Source: Deinococcaceae bacterium (lineage in GTDB: Bacteria; Deinococcota; Deinococci; Deinococcales; Trueperaceae). Taken from it: a stretch of 29,020 nucleotides of DNA. Below, one piece after another: positions 1 through 7,778 of the stretch. The notes under the pieces were generated by a model. That model was not told the origin of the DNA, ran no database searches, and was given only the letters and a program-made list of their open reading frames with translations. Positions within the stretch are counted from its first letter, which is position 1; every line of letters starts with the position of its first letter. The position numbers and the translations under genes were made by a program. The stretch covers positions 1 to 29,020 of the forward strand of contig JBDZWC010000026.1 of the NCBI GenBank assembly GCA_040256005.1. Reading direction: 5' to 3'.

Positions 1-564
1 GGCGCTGCGGCCGTGCACATCGAGGACCAGGTGCTCCCCAAGAAGTGCGGGCACCTCAACGACAAGCGGCTCGCGTCGCCCGAGGACATGGCGCTCAAGG
101 TCGCGGCGGCCAGACGGGCCAGCAGCGACATCGTGATCGTGGCGCGCACGGACGCCGCCGCCAGCGAGGGCCTCTCGGGCGCCGTGGCCAGGGCCGAGCG
201 CTACCTGGAAGCCGGCGCCGAGGTGATCTTCCCGGAGGCCCTCACGAGCCGCGAGATGTTCGCCGAGTTCGCCGGTGCGCTGCCGGGCGTGCCGCTGCTC
301 GCGAACATGACCGAGTTCGGGCGCACCCCCATGCTCGGCGCCCAGGAGTTCGAGGACCTCGGCTTCAAGATCGTGATCTGGCCCGTGACGTCGTTGCGCA
401 TGGCCAACAAGGCCCAGGCGGAGCTGTACGAAACGCTGGCGAGGGAAGGCAGCGCCGAGAGCCTGCTGCCTCGCATGCAGACCCGCGCGGAGCTGTACGA
501 GGTCATCGACCTGGCGTCCTACGAGGAGCTGGACGCGGCCATTGTCAAGACCGTGCTGCCCTGA
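1..564 (+). CDS. prpB: 2-methylisocitrate lyase (ICL/PEP mutase family), 5'-truncated by the window edge
   Basis: Frame open from base 1: GAAAVHIEDQVLPKKCGH (catalytic K[KR]CGH loop), IVARTDA, IFPEAL, LLANMTEFGRTP, C-terminal MQTRAELYEVI typical of PrpB. Confidence 0.9.
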   Translation, partial: GAAAVHIEDQVLPKKCGHLNDKRLASPEDMALKVAAARRASSDIVIVARTDAAASEGLSGAVARAERYLEAGAEVIFPEALTSREMFAEFAGALPGVPLLANMTEFGRTPMLGAQEFEDLGFKIVIWPVTSLRMANKAQAELYETLAREGSAESLLPRMQTRAELYEVIDLASYEELDAAIVKTVLP

Positions 565-574
565 CGGGTCCCTG

Positions 575-948
575 CTATGGCTGGCCGGCCCAACGTAGTT
601 CGGTCACTTGTGTCCCCACGCCGGGGCTGGGCACTCGGTAGCGGGCGTACATGAGCAGGCCGGAGACCGTGTCGTAGTAGTGCTCGAGCGAGTCCCCCAC
701 GCCCTGCACGACGATCACCGCCAGAGCGCCGTCGACGCCCCCGAAGTAGGTGACGTGCCCCGAGTACGGATCCCGATCCAGGACCTGCTGCGGTCGCAAC
801 GCGGTGAGGGCCGCGGTGGGTATCCACAGGCCGTCGAACTGGGCGGCGCCGAAAGCCCGCGCCGAGGTCGTCTCTGTGGGCGGCAAACCGGTGGTCGTGG
901 CGGCCTGCGTCAGCTGCCTGCCCACCGTCGCCGCAGGTCGTTCGGCAT
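575..948 (-). pseudogene. Probable gene remnant or frameshifted hypothetical protein (116-aa frame 575..925 plus an out-of-frame ATG at 948)
   Basis: 575..925 reads as a protein-like segment (DGLWIPTAALTALRPQQVLDRDPYSG...YYDTVSGLL). The promoter-adjacent ATG at 948 (TACTAT-6nt-ATG) is in another frame and stops after 12 codons (MPNDLRRRWAGS). Confidence 0.45.
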
Positions 949-1026
949 GCGCGGATAGTACAGCCCCGACCCAAACCGCGTTCGCGCTCGCCTCGTCTGC
1001 TGGGGAAGATCACGCCGCGTGATGGC

Positions 1027-2148
1027 TCAGGTGGCCCATGATGGCGAACCCGTCACCTGCAGGCTCACCCCGTCGCCAGGCCGCCAGTCTCCGCCCTCGG
1101 TGTCGGGAGCGTCGGCAAGCCACCGCTCGGACAACCCCTCGACCTCGACCGTGTAGCGGCGGAAGGAGCCGAAGTACTCGCTGGCCTTGACGCGGCCTCG
1201 CAGTACGAGCGTTCTGTTCCCGCTATCGTTTCCAGGGTCGGAGGGGGCACGCAACGCCACCCGCTCCGGCCGCACGACCGCCACGCCTTGCGTGCCTGGC
1301 ACCGGCGCGGCTCCGATCGGCAACGCCAGCTGCAGCTCCCCTCCGCTCCAACGGGCCGTTACCCGGCCATCGGTTTCTCGACCGGTCACGGTCACGGGCA
1401 GTAGGTTCGCCTGCCCCACGAAGCGCGCCACGAAGGTCGTGGCCGGTAGCCGGTAGACCTCCTCCGGCGTGCCGACCTGTTGCACGCGGCCGCTGTCCAT
1501 GACGACGACGCTGTCCGACAGCGAGAGCGCTTCTTCCTGATCGTGCGTCACGTAGATCGCCGTGACGCCCAGCCGCCCCTGCAGCTCCTTGAGCTCCCCG
1601 CGCAGGCGAACCCGTAACTGGGCGTCGAGGTTGGAGAGCGGCTCATCGAGGAGCAGGACCTGCGGCTCGAGCACCATCACGCGCCCCAGCGCGACGCGCT
1701 GTTGCTGACCGCCCGAGAGCTGGTGCGGGAAGCGGTCCTCCAGGCCCGTCAGGTCCAGAGCGGCCAGGGTGCGCGCGACGCGCTCGGCACGCTCGCCCTG
1801 TGGCACCTTGCGAGCGCGCAGACCGTACTCGACGTTGCCACGCACGCTCAGGTGGGGGAACAGCGCGTAGTCCTGGAACACCAGGCCCACGCGGCGCTTG
1901 TCCGGCGGCACGCCGGTGACGTCCCTGCTGCCCACGTACACGCTGCCGGCGTCGGGCTCGGCGAAGCCGGCGATCATCCTCAGCACCGTCGTCTTGCCGC
2001 AACCCGACGGTCCCAATAGCGTCGTGAAGCTCCCCGGCGCGACCTCCAGGTCGACCCCTTGGACAGCTCTCACGGCGCCGAAGCTCTTCGCGAGCCCTCG
2101 CAGGCGCACTGTGCCCTGCGCTGTGATGGTCGCCGGGAGCTCAGCCAC
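1027..2148 (-). CDS. ABC transporter ATP-binding protein, FbpC/PotA family with TOBE-like C-terminus
   Basis: Walker A GPSGCGKT, Q-loop VFQDYALFPH, signature LSGGQQQR, Walker B LLLDEPLSNLD, H-loop YVTHDQEEA; GTG start overlaps the permease stop. Confidence 0.93.
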   Translation of the reverse strand: MAELPATITAQGTVRLRGLAKSFGAVRAVQGVDLEVAPGSFTTLLGPSGCGKTTVLRMIAGFAEPDAGSVYVGSRDVTGVPPDKRRVGLVFQDYALFPHLSVRGNVEYGLRARKVPQGERAERVARTLAALDLTGLEDRFPHQLSGGQQQRVALGRVMVLEPQVLLLDEPLSNLDAQLRVRLRGELKELQGRLGVTAIYVTHDQEEALSLSDSVVVMDSGRVQQVGTPEEVYRLPATTFVARFVGQANLLPVTVTGRETDGRVTARWSGGELQLALPIGAAPVPGTQGVAVVRPERVALRAPSDPGNDSGNRTLVLRGRVKASEYFGSFRRYTVEVEGLSERWLADAPDTEGGDWRPGDGVSLQVTGSPSWAT

Positions 2149-3832
2149 CGGCCCTCCCTGTCGCCGCCTCGAACGGGCGCATCCGGCCGCCCGTCGCCGC
2201 GTAGGCCAGTGTGAGGGCGGCGCCCGTGACCACCAACAGCGCGGTCGCCAGCGCGCAGGCCCTGCCCCAGCGCCCCTGGGCGGCGAGGTTGAGGATGTCG
2301 ACGGACGCCAGCGGCGTGTCGAACGAGACCAGGAAGATCACCGTGCTGAGCGTACCCACGGCCTGCACGAAGGTGAACGCGAACGCCGCCGCGATGGCGG
2401 GCCACAGCAGAGGGACCAGCACCGTCAGGAACGTACGGGTGCGGCTCGCACCCAGGTTCGCCGCGCTCTCGTCGAGGCTGGGTCGCAACTGTTGCAGCGC
2501 GGCCGCCACGATGCGGTAGCCAACGGGCAGGTACGAGACGGCCATCGCCACGACGATCAGAAGGCCCGTGCCGGTCAGTTGGAGCGGCTGACGGTTGAAC
2601 ACCAGCACGTAGGCCACACCCATGAGCGTGCCCGGCACCGCGGCCGGCAGCAGGGTGGACAGGTCGAGACCGCGCCTGAGCGGCAGCCCGGTGCGGTGTA
2701 CGACGTAAGCCGCCACGGCGGCCAGGGCGGAGCCGAGCACCGCCGCGAGGCCCGCGAACCTGATCGAGTTCAGGAGAGGCGCGGCGCGGGTCGTGACGTA
2801 CGCGTAGTGGTCCGCCGTCAACGAGTAGTCGACGCCCCAGATACGCGTGATCGAGCCGGCCACGACCACGCCCTGCGAGGCGATGACGAAGAGCGTGACG
2901 AGCCCGCACAAGGCGAAGAGGGCCCAGCGCAGGCCCGCGGGCGGCAGCGGCGGAGCCAGGCCCGAGCCGCGCCCTCCCACGGACTGGAACCGTCCTGCCG
3001 TGGCCGTCTGCACCCGCTGCTGCGCCGCGAAGAGCAGCACCGCAGGGACGAGCAGCACGAGGCCCAGCGCGGCGCTGGTGCCGACGCTGGCCCAGCCGGT
3101 CAGCTCGGTGTAGACCTCCGTGGCCAGCACGCGGAACCGGCCGCCCACCAGCATGGGGTTGCCGAAGTCGCCGAGCACCCCGATCGCGATGAAGAGCCCT
3201 GCCGCCAGCAGGCCGGGTGTGGCCAGCGGCAGCGTCACCGTGCGCAGCAGGCGCCAGCGGCTGGCTCCTAAGCCGCGCGCCGCCTGCTCGAGCCGGGCGT
3301 CGTGCGCCAGGAAGACGCCACGCAGGACCAGGTAGGCGACCGGGAAGAAGGACAGCGTCTGAGCCAGCCACACGCCGTGCCAGCCGTAGATGGAGGTCTC
3401 CAAGCCCAGGAGCTGGTAGGTGAACAGGCCCCGTCTACCGAGGAGCAGGATGAACGCCAGGCCGGAGACGAACGACGGCGTCACGAGGAGCACCAGCGGG
3501 ATCACCTCGAACACGCGCCTGAGCGGTACCCGCGCCCGCGTGACCGCGAAGGCGTACAGCGTGCCCAAGGTCAGCGCTGAGGTCGTGGACAACCCGACGA
3601 GCAGCAGTGTGTTCAGGCCGGCGTCGCGCCAGCGGCTCGTGGTGGCGACGCGCGTCCAGTCCGCCCCGCTGGGAGCGAGCGCCACCGCCACGAGCGGCGC
3701 CACCACGAACGTGAGCAGGAACAGCAGGACGGCGACGTACCCCACCGCCAGCACGGGGTCGTGCGTGACCGTGCTCAGCCACGTCCCGAACCGGCGCCGC
3801 CCGGCGCGCAGCTCAGCGGGCGCCTGGGTCAG
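2141..3832 (-). CDS. ABC transporter permease, FbpB/AfuB-type (two fused TM domains); start uncertain (CTG 3832 or GTG 3754)
   Basis: Two EAA motifs (LEQAARGLGAS, LDESAANLGAS), DFGNP motif, many hydrophobic helices; frame is open up to a CTG overlapping the binding-protein stop. Confidence 0.88.
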   Translation of the reverse strand: MTQAPAELRAGRRRFGTWLSTVTHDPVLAVGYVAVLLFLLTFVVAPLVAVALAPSGADWTRVATTSRWRDAGLNTLLLVGLSTTSALTLGTLYAFAVTRARVPLRRVFEVIPLVLLVTPSFVSGLAFILLLGRRGLFTYQLLGLETSIYGWHGVWLAQTLSFFPVAYLVLRGVFLAHDARLEQAARGLGASRWRLLRTVTLPLATPGLLAAGLFIAIGVLGDFGNPMLVGGRFRVLATEVYTELTGWASVGTSAALGLVLLVPAVLLFAAQQRVQTATAGRFQSVGGRGSGLAPPLPPAGLRWALFALCGLVTLFVIASQGVVVAGSITRIWGVDYSLTADHYAYVTTRAAPLLNSIRFAGLAAVLGSALAAVAAYVVHRTGLPLRRGLDLSTLLPAAVPGTLMGVAYVLVFNRQPLQLTGTGLLIVVAMAVSYLPVGYRIVAAALQQLRPSLDESAANLGASRTRTFLTVLVPLLWPAIAAAFAFTFVQAVGTLSTVIFLVSFDTPLASVDILNLAAQGRWGRACALATALLVVTGAALTLAYAATGGRMRPFEAATGRAGG

Positions 3833-4842
3833 TCCACCACCTGTTGCCAGCGCAGGAGGACCTCGTCGCGCTGGTCGCCCGCCAGCTCGGCGTCGTACTC
3901 GATCATGTCGAAGCTGTTCCGTGGCGGTGCTCCCTCGGCCACCTCGGCGTCGGGGTTGAGCGGGGTCGTGAACGACTGGGCTGCGAACGCCGTCTGCGCC
4001 TCGGCCGAGAGCACGAAGTCCACGAAGGCCCTGGCTCCCTCGGGGTTGGGGCTGTCAGCGATGATGGCCAACGCACCAACCTCCCCGACGGTATCGGGCG
4101 GCACGATGGCCGTGATGGGGAAGCCGTCGGCGCGGTACCGCGCCAAGGCGTGCACGTACGCCACCCCTATCGCGTACTCACCCGCACCCACGAGCTGCGG
4201 CGGCGCTCCGCCCGAGGCGGGGAACTGTCCCACGAGGGGGGCGAGCCGCTCGAGATAGGACCAACCGTCCTCCCAGCCGAGCCGCTGGAGTTGGTTCTGC
4301 ACGAACAGGTAGGCGGTCGACGACGCCGTGGGGTCGGTGAGCACGATCTCGCCGTCGTACGCCTCGTCGACCAGGTCGTCCCACGTCTGAGGCAGCGGCT
4401 TGTCACCGAACAGCTCGGCGTAGCGCGCCTCGTTGACGCCGATACCCAGGGCCGTCAGGTAGAAGCCTGTCCACGTGCCCTCCGGGTCCGCCTCCTGCGC
4501 GGAGAGACCCTCGGCCAGCGGCGAGCGATAGGGCGCGAGCGCGCCGGCCTCGGCCAAGGCGATGTACTGGCTGCTCGGGCCACCCAACAGGATGTCTGCC
4601 TGGGCGTTGCCGGTCTCGGCCATCACGCGGCTGACCAGCTCACCGGTGGAGGCGCGCAGGTACTCGACGTGTATGCCGGTCGCCTCTTCGAACATCTCGG
4701 CGAGAAGACGCACGTCGTCCTCGTTGATGATCGCGTAGACGCGCACTGTCCCCTGGGCGGCCGCCCAGCCGCCGAACAGCGTCGCGGTCAGCAGCACGAA
4801 GCGCGCTGCCGAGACGCACCAGCGACGGATGTCCTGTCTCAC
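3829..4842 (-). CDS. ABC substrate-binding protein, Fe(III)/sugar-phosphate/phosphonate (FbpA/AfuA-like) family
   Basis: Signal peptide ending WAAA-Q; STGEL, ADILLGGP, PQTWDDL, DPTASSTAY, ARAFVDFVLS motifs; SD GGGAGG 5 nt before GTG. Confidence 0.88.
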   Translation of the reverse strand: MRQDIRRWCVSAARFVLLTATLFGGWAAAQGTVRVYAIINEDDVRLLAEMFEEATGIHVEYLRASTGELVSRVMAETGNAQADILLGGPSSQYIALAEAGALAPYRSPLAEGLSAQEADPEGTWTGFYLTALGIGVNEARYAELFGDKPLPQTWDDLVDEAYDGEIVLTDPTASSTAYLFVQNQLQRLGWEDGWSYLERLAPLVGQFPASGGAPPQLVGAGEYAIGVAYVHALARYRADGFPITAIVPPDTVGEVGALAIIADSPNPEGARAFVDFVLSAEAQTAFAAQSFTTPLNPDAEVAEGAPPRNSFDMIEYDAELAGDQRDEVLLRWQQVVD

Positions 4843-4905
4843 GTGTACCTCCCTGCGCCGGCCAGCCGCCGCGGCTATCGCGGCGGAGCGTCGTCGCTCG
4901 GGCAG

Positions 4906-4911
4906 AGTGTA
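4906..4911 (-). promoter_or_regulatory. -10 element TACACT for the ABC importer operon
   Basis: + strand AGTGTA at 4906-4911 = TACACT on -, about 64 nt upstream of the GTG at 4842. Confidence 0.6.
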
Positions 4912-4912
4912 C

Positions 4913-4936
4913 GGCGCCCACGGTGACGTGGGCGCC
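4913..4936. terminator. 10-bp perfect hairpin downstream of pmbA (terminator-like or operator)
   Basis: GGCGCCCACG-GTGA-CGTGGGCGCC, 21 nt after the pmbA stop; no U-tract. Confidence 0.45.
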
Positions 4937-4957
4937 CTCGCATGGTCCCTGGCGGTG

Positions 4958-6277
4958 CTACTTGCCGGCGAAGCTCACGTCGGGCACTGCGATGCTGGGA
5001 GCGGTCACGGCTCCCTGATCGCCCATGGTCGGCCGGGTCACGGGGTCGTCGCCGACCTCTTCGATCCGCTTCAACAGGTCGAACAGGTTGAAGGAGACGG
5101 CGAAGTCGTCCACCGGGAACGTCTCGCCGCCCACGGTCTCGAGGCCCATCGCCTGGACACTGACGTCGCCGGTCACCGGGTTGGCGCCGGCGTGCACGCC
5201 CATGAGGTCGGTGACGAGGATGCCGTCCCCGGCGGTCACGCCGCTGCCTGACTCGAGGATGAGGTTCGAGATACCCACGCCGAGCGTCTCGGCGTACCCG
5301 CGCCGAGCGTGCCCCGTCGTCTGTTGGCCGGTGCGCGCCGCCGTGTCGGTGTTGTGAAGGAACGAGCGCAGGACGCCTCTCTCGATCAGGACGACGCGCC
5401 GTGACGGCGTGCCCTCGCTGTCGAAGGGCCGGCTGGCGAGCCCGTGTGGGAGCGTGGCGTCGTCAACGAGGGTGAAGGCGTCGGTGGCGACGCGCTGGCC
5501 CAGTTTGCCCTGCAGGCCGCTCTTGCCCTCGGCCAACGACTTGCCTGACAGCGAGTAGACCAGGAGCTGCAGCAGGGTAGAGACGACCTCCGGCTCGAAC
5601 ACCGCCCGGCGCCTGCCCGTCGTGAGGCCCCTCGCACCCAGCTGCCTGCCTATCTTGTCGAGGGCGATCTGGCCCGTGCGGCCGGGTTCCAGCTGGTGGA
5701 AGTCGTTGGCGGCGTCGATCTGGAAGCCCTGTTTGACGCTCGCCCCTTCGCGCATGACCAGCCCTGCGACCATCGCAGCCGTGCCTCTGCGGTACGAGCC
5801 GTCGACGCCCTTGGTGGAGCCGACGTGCGTCTCGTAAAGGCTCTCCGTGTAGAGCGAGTACTGGACCGACTGCACGCGCGGGTCGCCTTTGAGGCTGTCC
5901 TCTAGGGCCAGGGCCATGGCGAGCTTCTCGTCCATGGTCCCGGAGAGGCCCTCGTCGAGCAGGTCGTGCCTGCCGAGGGCATCTCCGCCGGGCAGCGCAG
6001 CCTTGCCGCCGACCTGGAGTGACGCGTTGTCGATCGCCTCGTCCAGGGCCCAGCCGAGCGACTCCTCGCTGAGGTCCTCCGTGGACGAGTAGCCCACGCG
6101 GCCGCCGTCCACGACCCGCAGGCCCATGCCGCCGCGCTGCGACACGGTGGTCTCCTCGGCCTTGCCGTCCCGCGCGTTGATCTGCAGCTCACGCTCGGTA
6201 CTGCCCAGTACCTCTGCGTCCACGCCGCGCTGGGCCGCCTTGTCGAGGAGCCAGCGCTTGGCCTCTTCGAAGGTCAT
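4958..6277 (-). CDS. pmbA: TldD/PmbA family protein, non-catalytic PmbA/TldE subunit
   Basis: GMGLRVV..GRVGYS, LASRPFDSEGTP, TTGHARRG, HAGANPVTGDVS, SFAGK C-terminus; no HExxxH; ATGA overlap with the tldD stop. Confidence 0.88.
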   Translation of the reverse strand: MTFEEAKRWLLDKAAQRGVDAEVLGSTERELQINARDGKAEETTVSQRGGMGLRVVDGGRVGYSSTEDLSEESLGWALDEAIDNASLQVGGKAALPGGDALGRHDLLDEGLSGTMDEKLAMALALEDSLKGDPRVQSVQYSLYTESLYETHVGSTKGVDGSYRRGTAAMVAGLVMREGASVKQGFQIDAANDFHQLEPGRTGQIALDKIGRQLGARGLTTGRRRAVFEPEVVSTLLQLLVYSLSGKSLAEGKSGLQGKLGQRVATDAFTLVDDATLPHGLASRPFDSEGTPSRRVVLIERGVLRSFLHNTDTAARTGQQTTGHARRGYAETLGVGISNLILESGSGVTAGDGILVTDLMGVHAGANPVTGDVSVQAMGLETVGGETFPVDDFAVSFNLFDLLKRIEEVGDDPVTRPTMGDQGAVTAPSIAVPDVSFAGK

Positions 6278-7677
6278 GCCTCACCTCCCACGACGATCTC
6301 GCTGACGAGGATGTGCGGCTGCCCGACCTCGGTGGGGATGGAGCCGGACTTCGAGCCGCACATGCCCGGCTCGTTGCTCTGGTCGTTCGACACCGCTACG
6401 ACCTTCTTGATGGTGTCTGGGCCCTTGCCAAGCAGCATGGCGCCGCGCACGGGCTCGGCGATCTCGCCGTCGCGGATCATGTAGCCCTCCTTGACGGCGA
6501 AGTTGTACTCGCCGGAGCCCGGCCTGACCTGGCCGCCGCCCATGACCTTGGCGTAGAGGCCGTACTCGATGCCCTCGAAGAGCTTCTCCTTGGGCGTGTC
6601 GCCGTTGACGACGAACGTGTTGCGCATCCGCGACGTCGGCGCGTAGGTGTAGTCCTGCCTGCGGCCGGACCCGGTCGGCCGGTAGCCGGTCACCAGGCCG
6701 CCCCAGCGGTCCACCATGTAGCTCTTGAGCACTCCGTTCTCGATGAGCACCGTGCGCTCGGTGGGCGCGCCCTCGTCGTCGTAGCGGGTCGAGCCCCAGG
6801 CGTAGGGGATCGTGCCGTCGTCCACGTAGGTCACGGCGGGACTGGCGATCTGCTCCCCCAGCTTGTCGGCGAGCACCGAGGCGTTCCGCGCGACGGCTGT
6901 CGTCTCCAACAGGTGGCCGAGCGCCTCGTGGAAGATCACGCCGCCGAACGCGTTGCCGACGACGACGGGCATGGTGCCGGCGGGTGCCTTGCGAGCGCGC
7001 AGGTTCGTGAGGGCGATCTGGGCGGCGCGCCTGCCCGTCTCGGCGGGCGGGTACGTCTCGAGGAGCTCGAGGCCGACCGACAGCCCGGGCCCGACGTGCG
7101 CCGTCTGCGTCTGGTCGCCGTCGCGGGCTATCGCCTGCACGACCATGCGCGTGCGGACGCGCTCGTCGGTGGCGATCACGCCGTCCGAGTTGGCGACCAG
7201 CACCTCCTGCTCGATCTCGTTGAGGTTCGCCTCCACCTGGCTGATGGCCGGATCGATGCGAGCGCCGGCATCTGCCTCGCGCAGGCGCTCGAGGCGCCAG
7301 CGCTTGTCGTGAGACGACGCTGGGACCTTCGGTCCCGGCAGGTCCGGTCCGGTGTCCAGCCGTCGCAGGTCCAGCCCACCCCTGCCGGCTGCGTTTGGAC
7401 GGCCGTTGCCGTTGCTGCCCCTGACGGCGACGAGGCTGTCGAGCACCTCGGTGAGCCCGGCGTCCGAGAGGTCGTTGGTGTAGCCGTAGAGGACGTCCTG
7501 TCCGAAGAAGAGGCGGATGCCGGCGCCGAGCTGGACGACGCTGGTGGCGTCCTCGACCTGCCCGTTCACGGCCCTGATGCCGCGCTTGCGCCAGCGCTCG
7601 GCGTATACCTCGGCGAAGTCGGCGCCGGCCGACTTGCCACGCGCGATCAACGCGCTCAGTGTGTCGGTACTTAGCAT
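6274..7677 (-). CDS. tldD: TldD metalloprotease subunit (467 aa from ATG 7677)
   Basis: GADFAEVYAE, GAGIRL, HEALGH (HExxxH metal motif), DDEGAPT, GSGRRQDY..PTSRMRNT, GMCG Cys ligand; the ORF-track extension to 8022 is not protein-like. Confidence 0.92.
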   Translation of the reverse strand: MLSTDTLSALIARGKSAGADFAEVYAERWRKRGIRAVNGQVEDATSVVQLGAGIRLFFGQDVLYGYTNDLSDAGLTEVLDSLVAVRGSNGNGRPNAAGRGGLDLRRLDTGPDLPGPKVPASSHDKRWRLERLREADAGARIDPAISQVEANLNEIEQEVLVANSDGVIATDERVRTRMVVQAIARDGDQTQTAHVGPGLSVGLELLETYPPAETGRRAAQIALTNLRARKAPAGTMPVVVGNAFGGVIFHEALGHLLETTAVARNASVLADKLGEQIASPAVTYVDDGTIPYAWGSTRYDDEGAPTERTVLIENGVLKSYMVDRWGGLVTGYRPTGSGRRQDYTYAPTSRMRNTFVVNGDTPKEKLFEGIEYGLYAKVMGGGQVRPGSGEYNFAVKEGYMIRDGEIAEPVRGAMLLGKGPDTIKKVVAVSNDQSNEPGMCGSKSGSIPTEVGQPHILVSEIVVGGEA

Positions 7678-7691
7678 GGCGCCGATGCTAA
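7671..7691. promoter_or_regulatory. Leaderless -10 (TAGCAT, 7 nt before the tldD ATG) embedded in the palindrome TTAGCAT-N7-ATGCTAA
   Basis: + strand TTAGCATGGCGCCGATGCTAA; no SD upstream of tldD. Confidence 0.6.
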
Positions 7692-7778
7692 CCCGTCGTA
7701 TATCGGCGCGTGACGATGCACCTACGCGGGGGACGGTCCCACTGGCGGGTTCCATCTGCTTCCATCCGCGCGAGACCG

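Noticed and set aside
4886..4899. Guanidine-II (mini-ykkC) riboswitch suggested by a G-ACGA-C hairpin loop
   Set aside because: It needs two tandem ACGR-loop hairpins; the second hairpin loop is ATAGC, and the downstream gene is an importer rather than an SMR exporter
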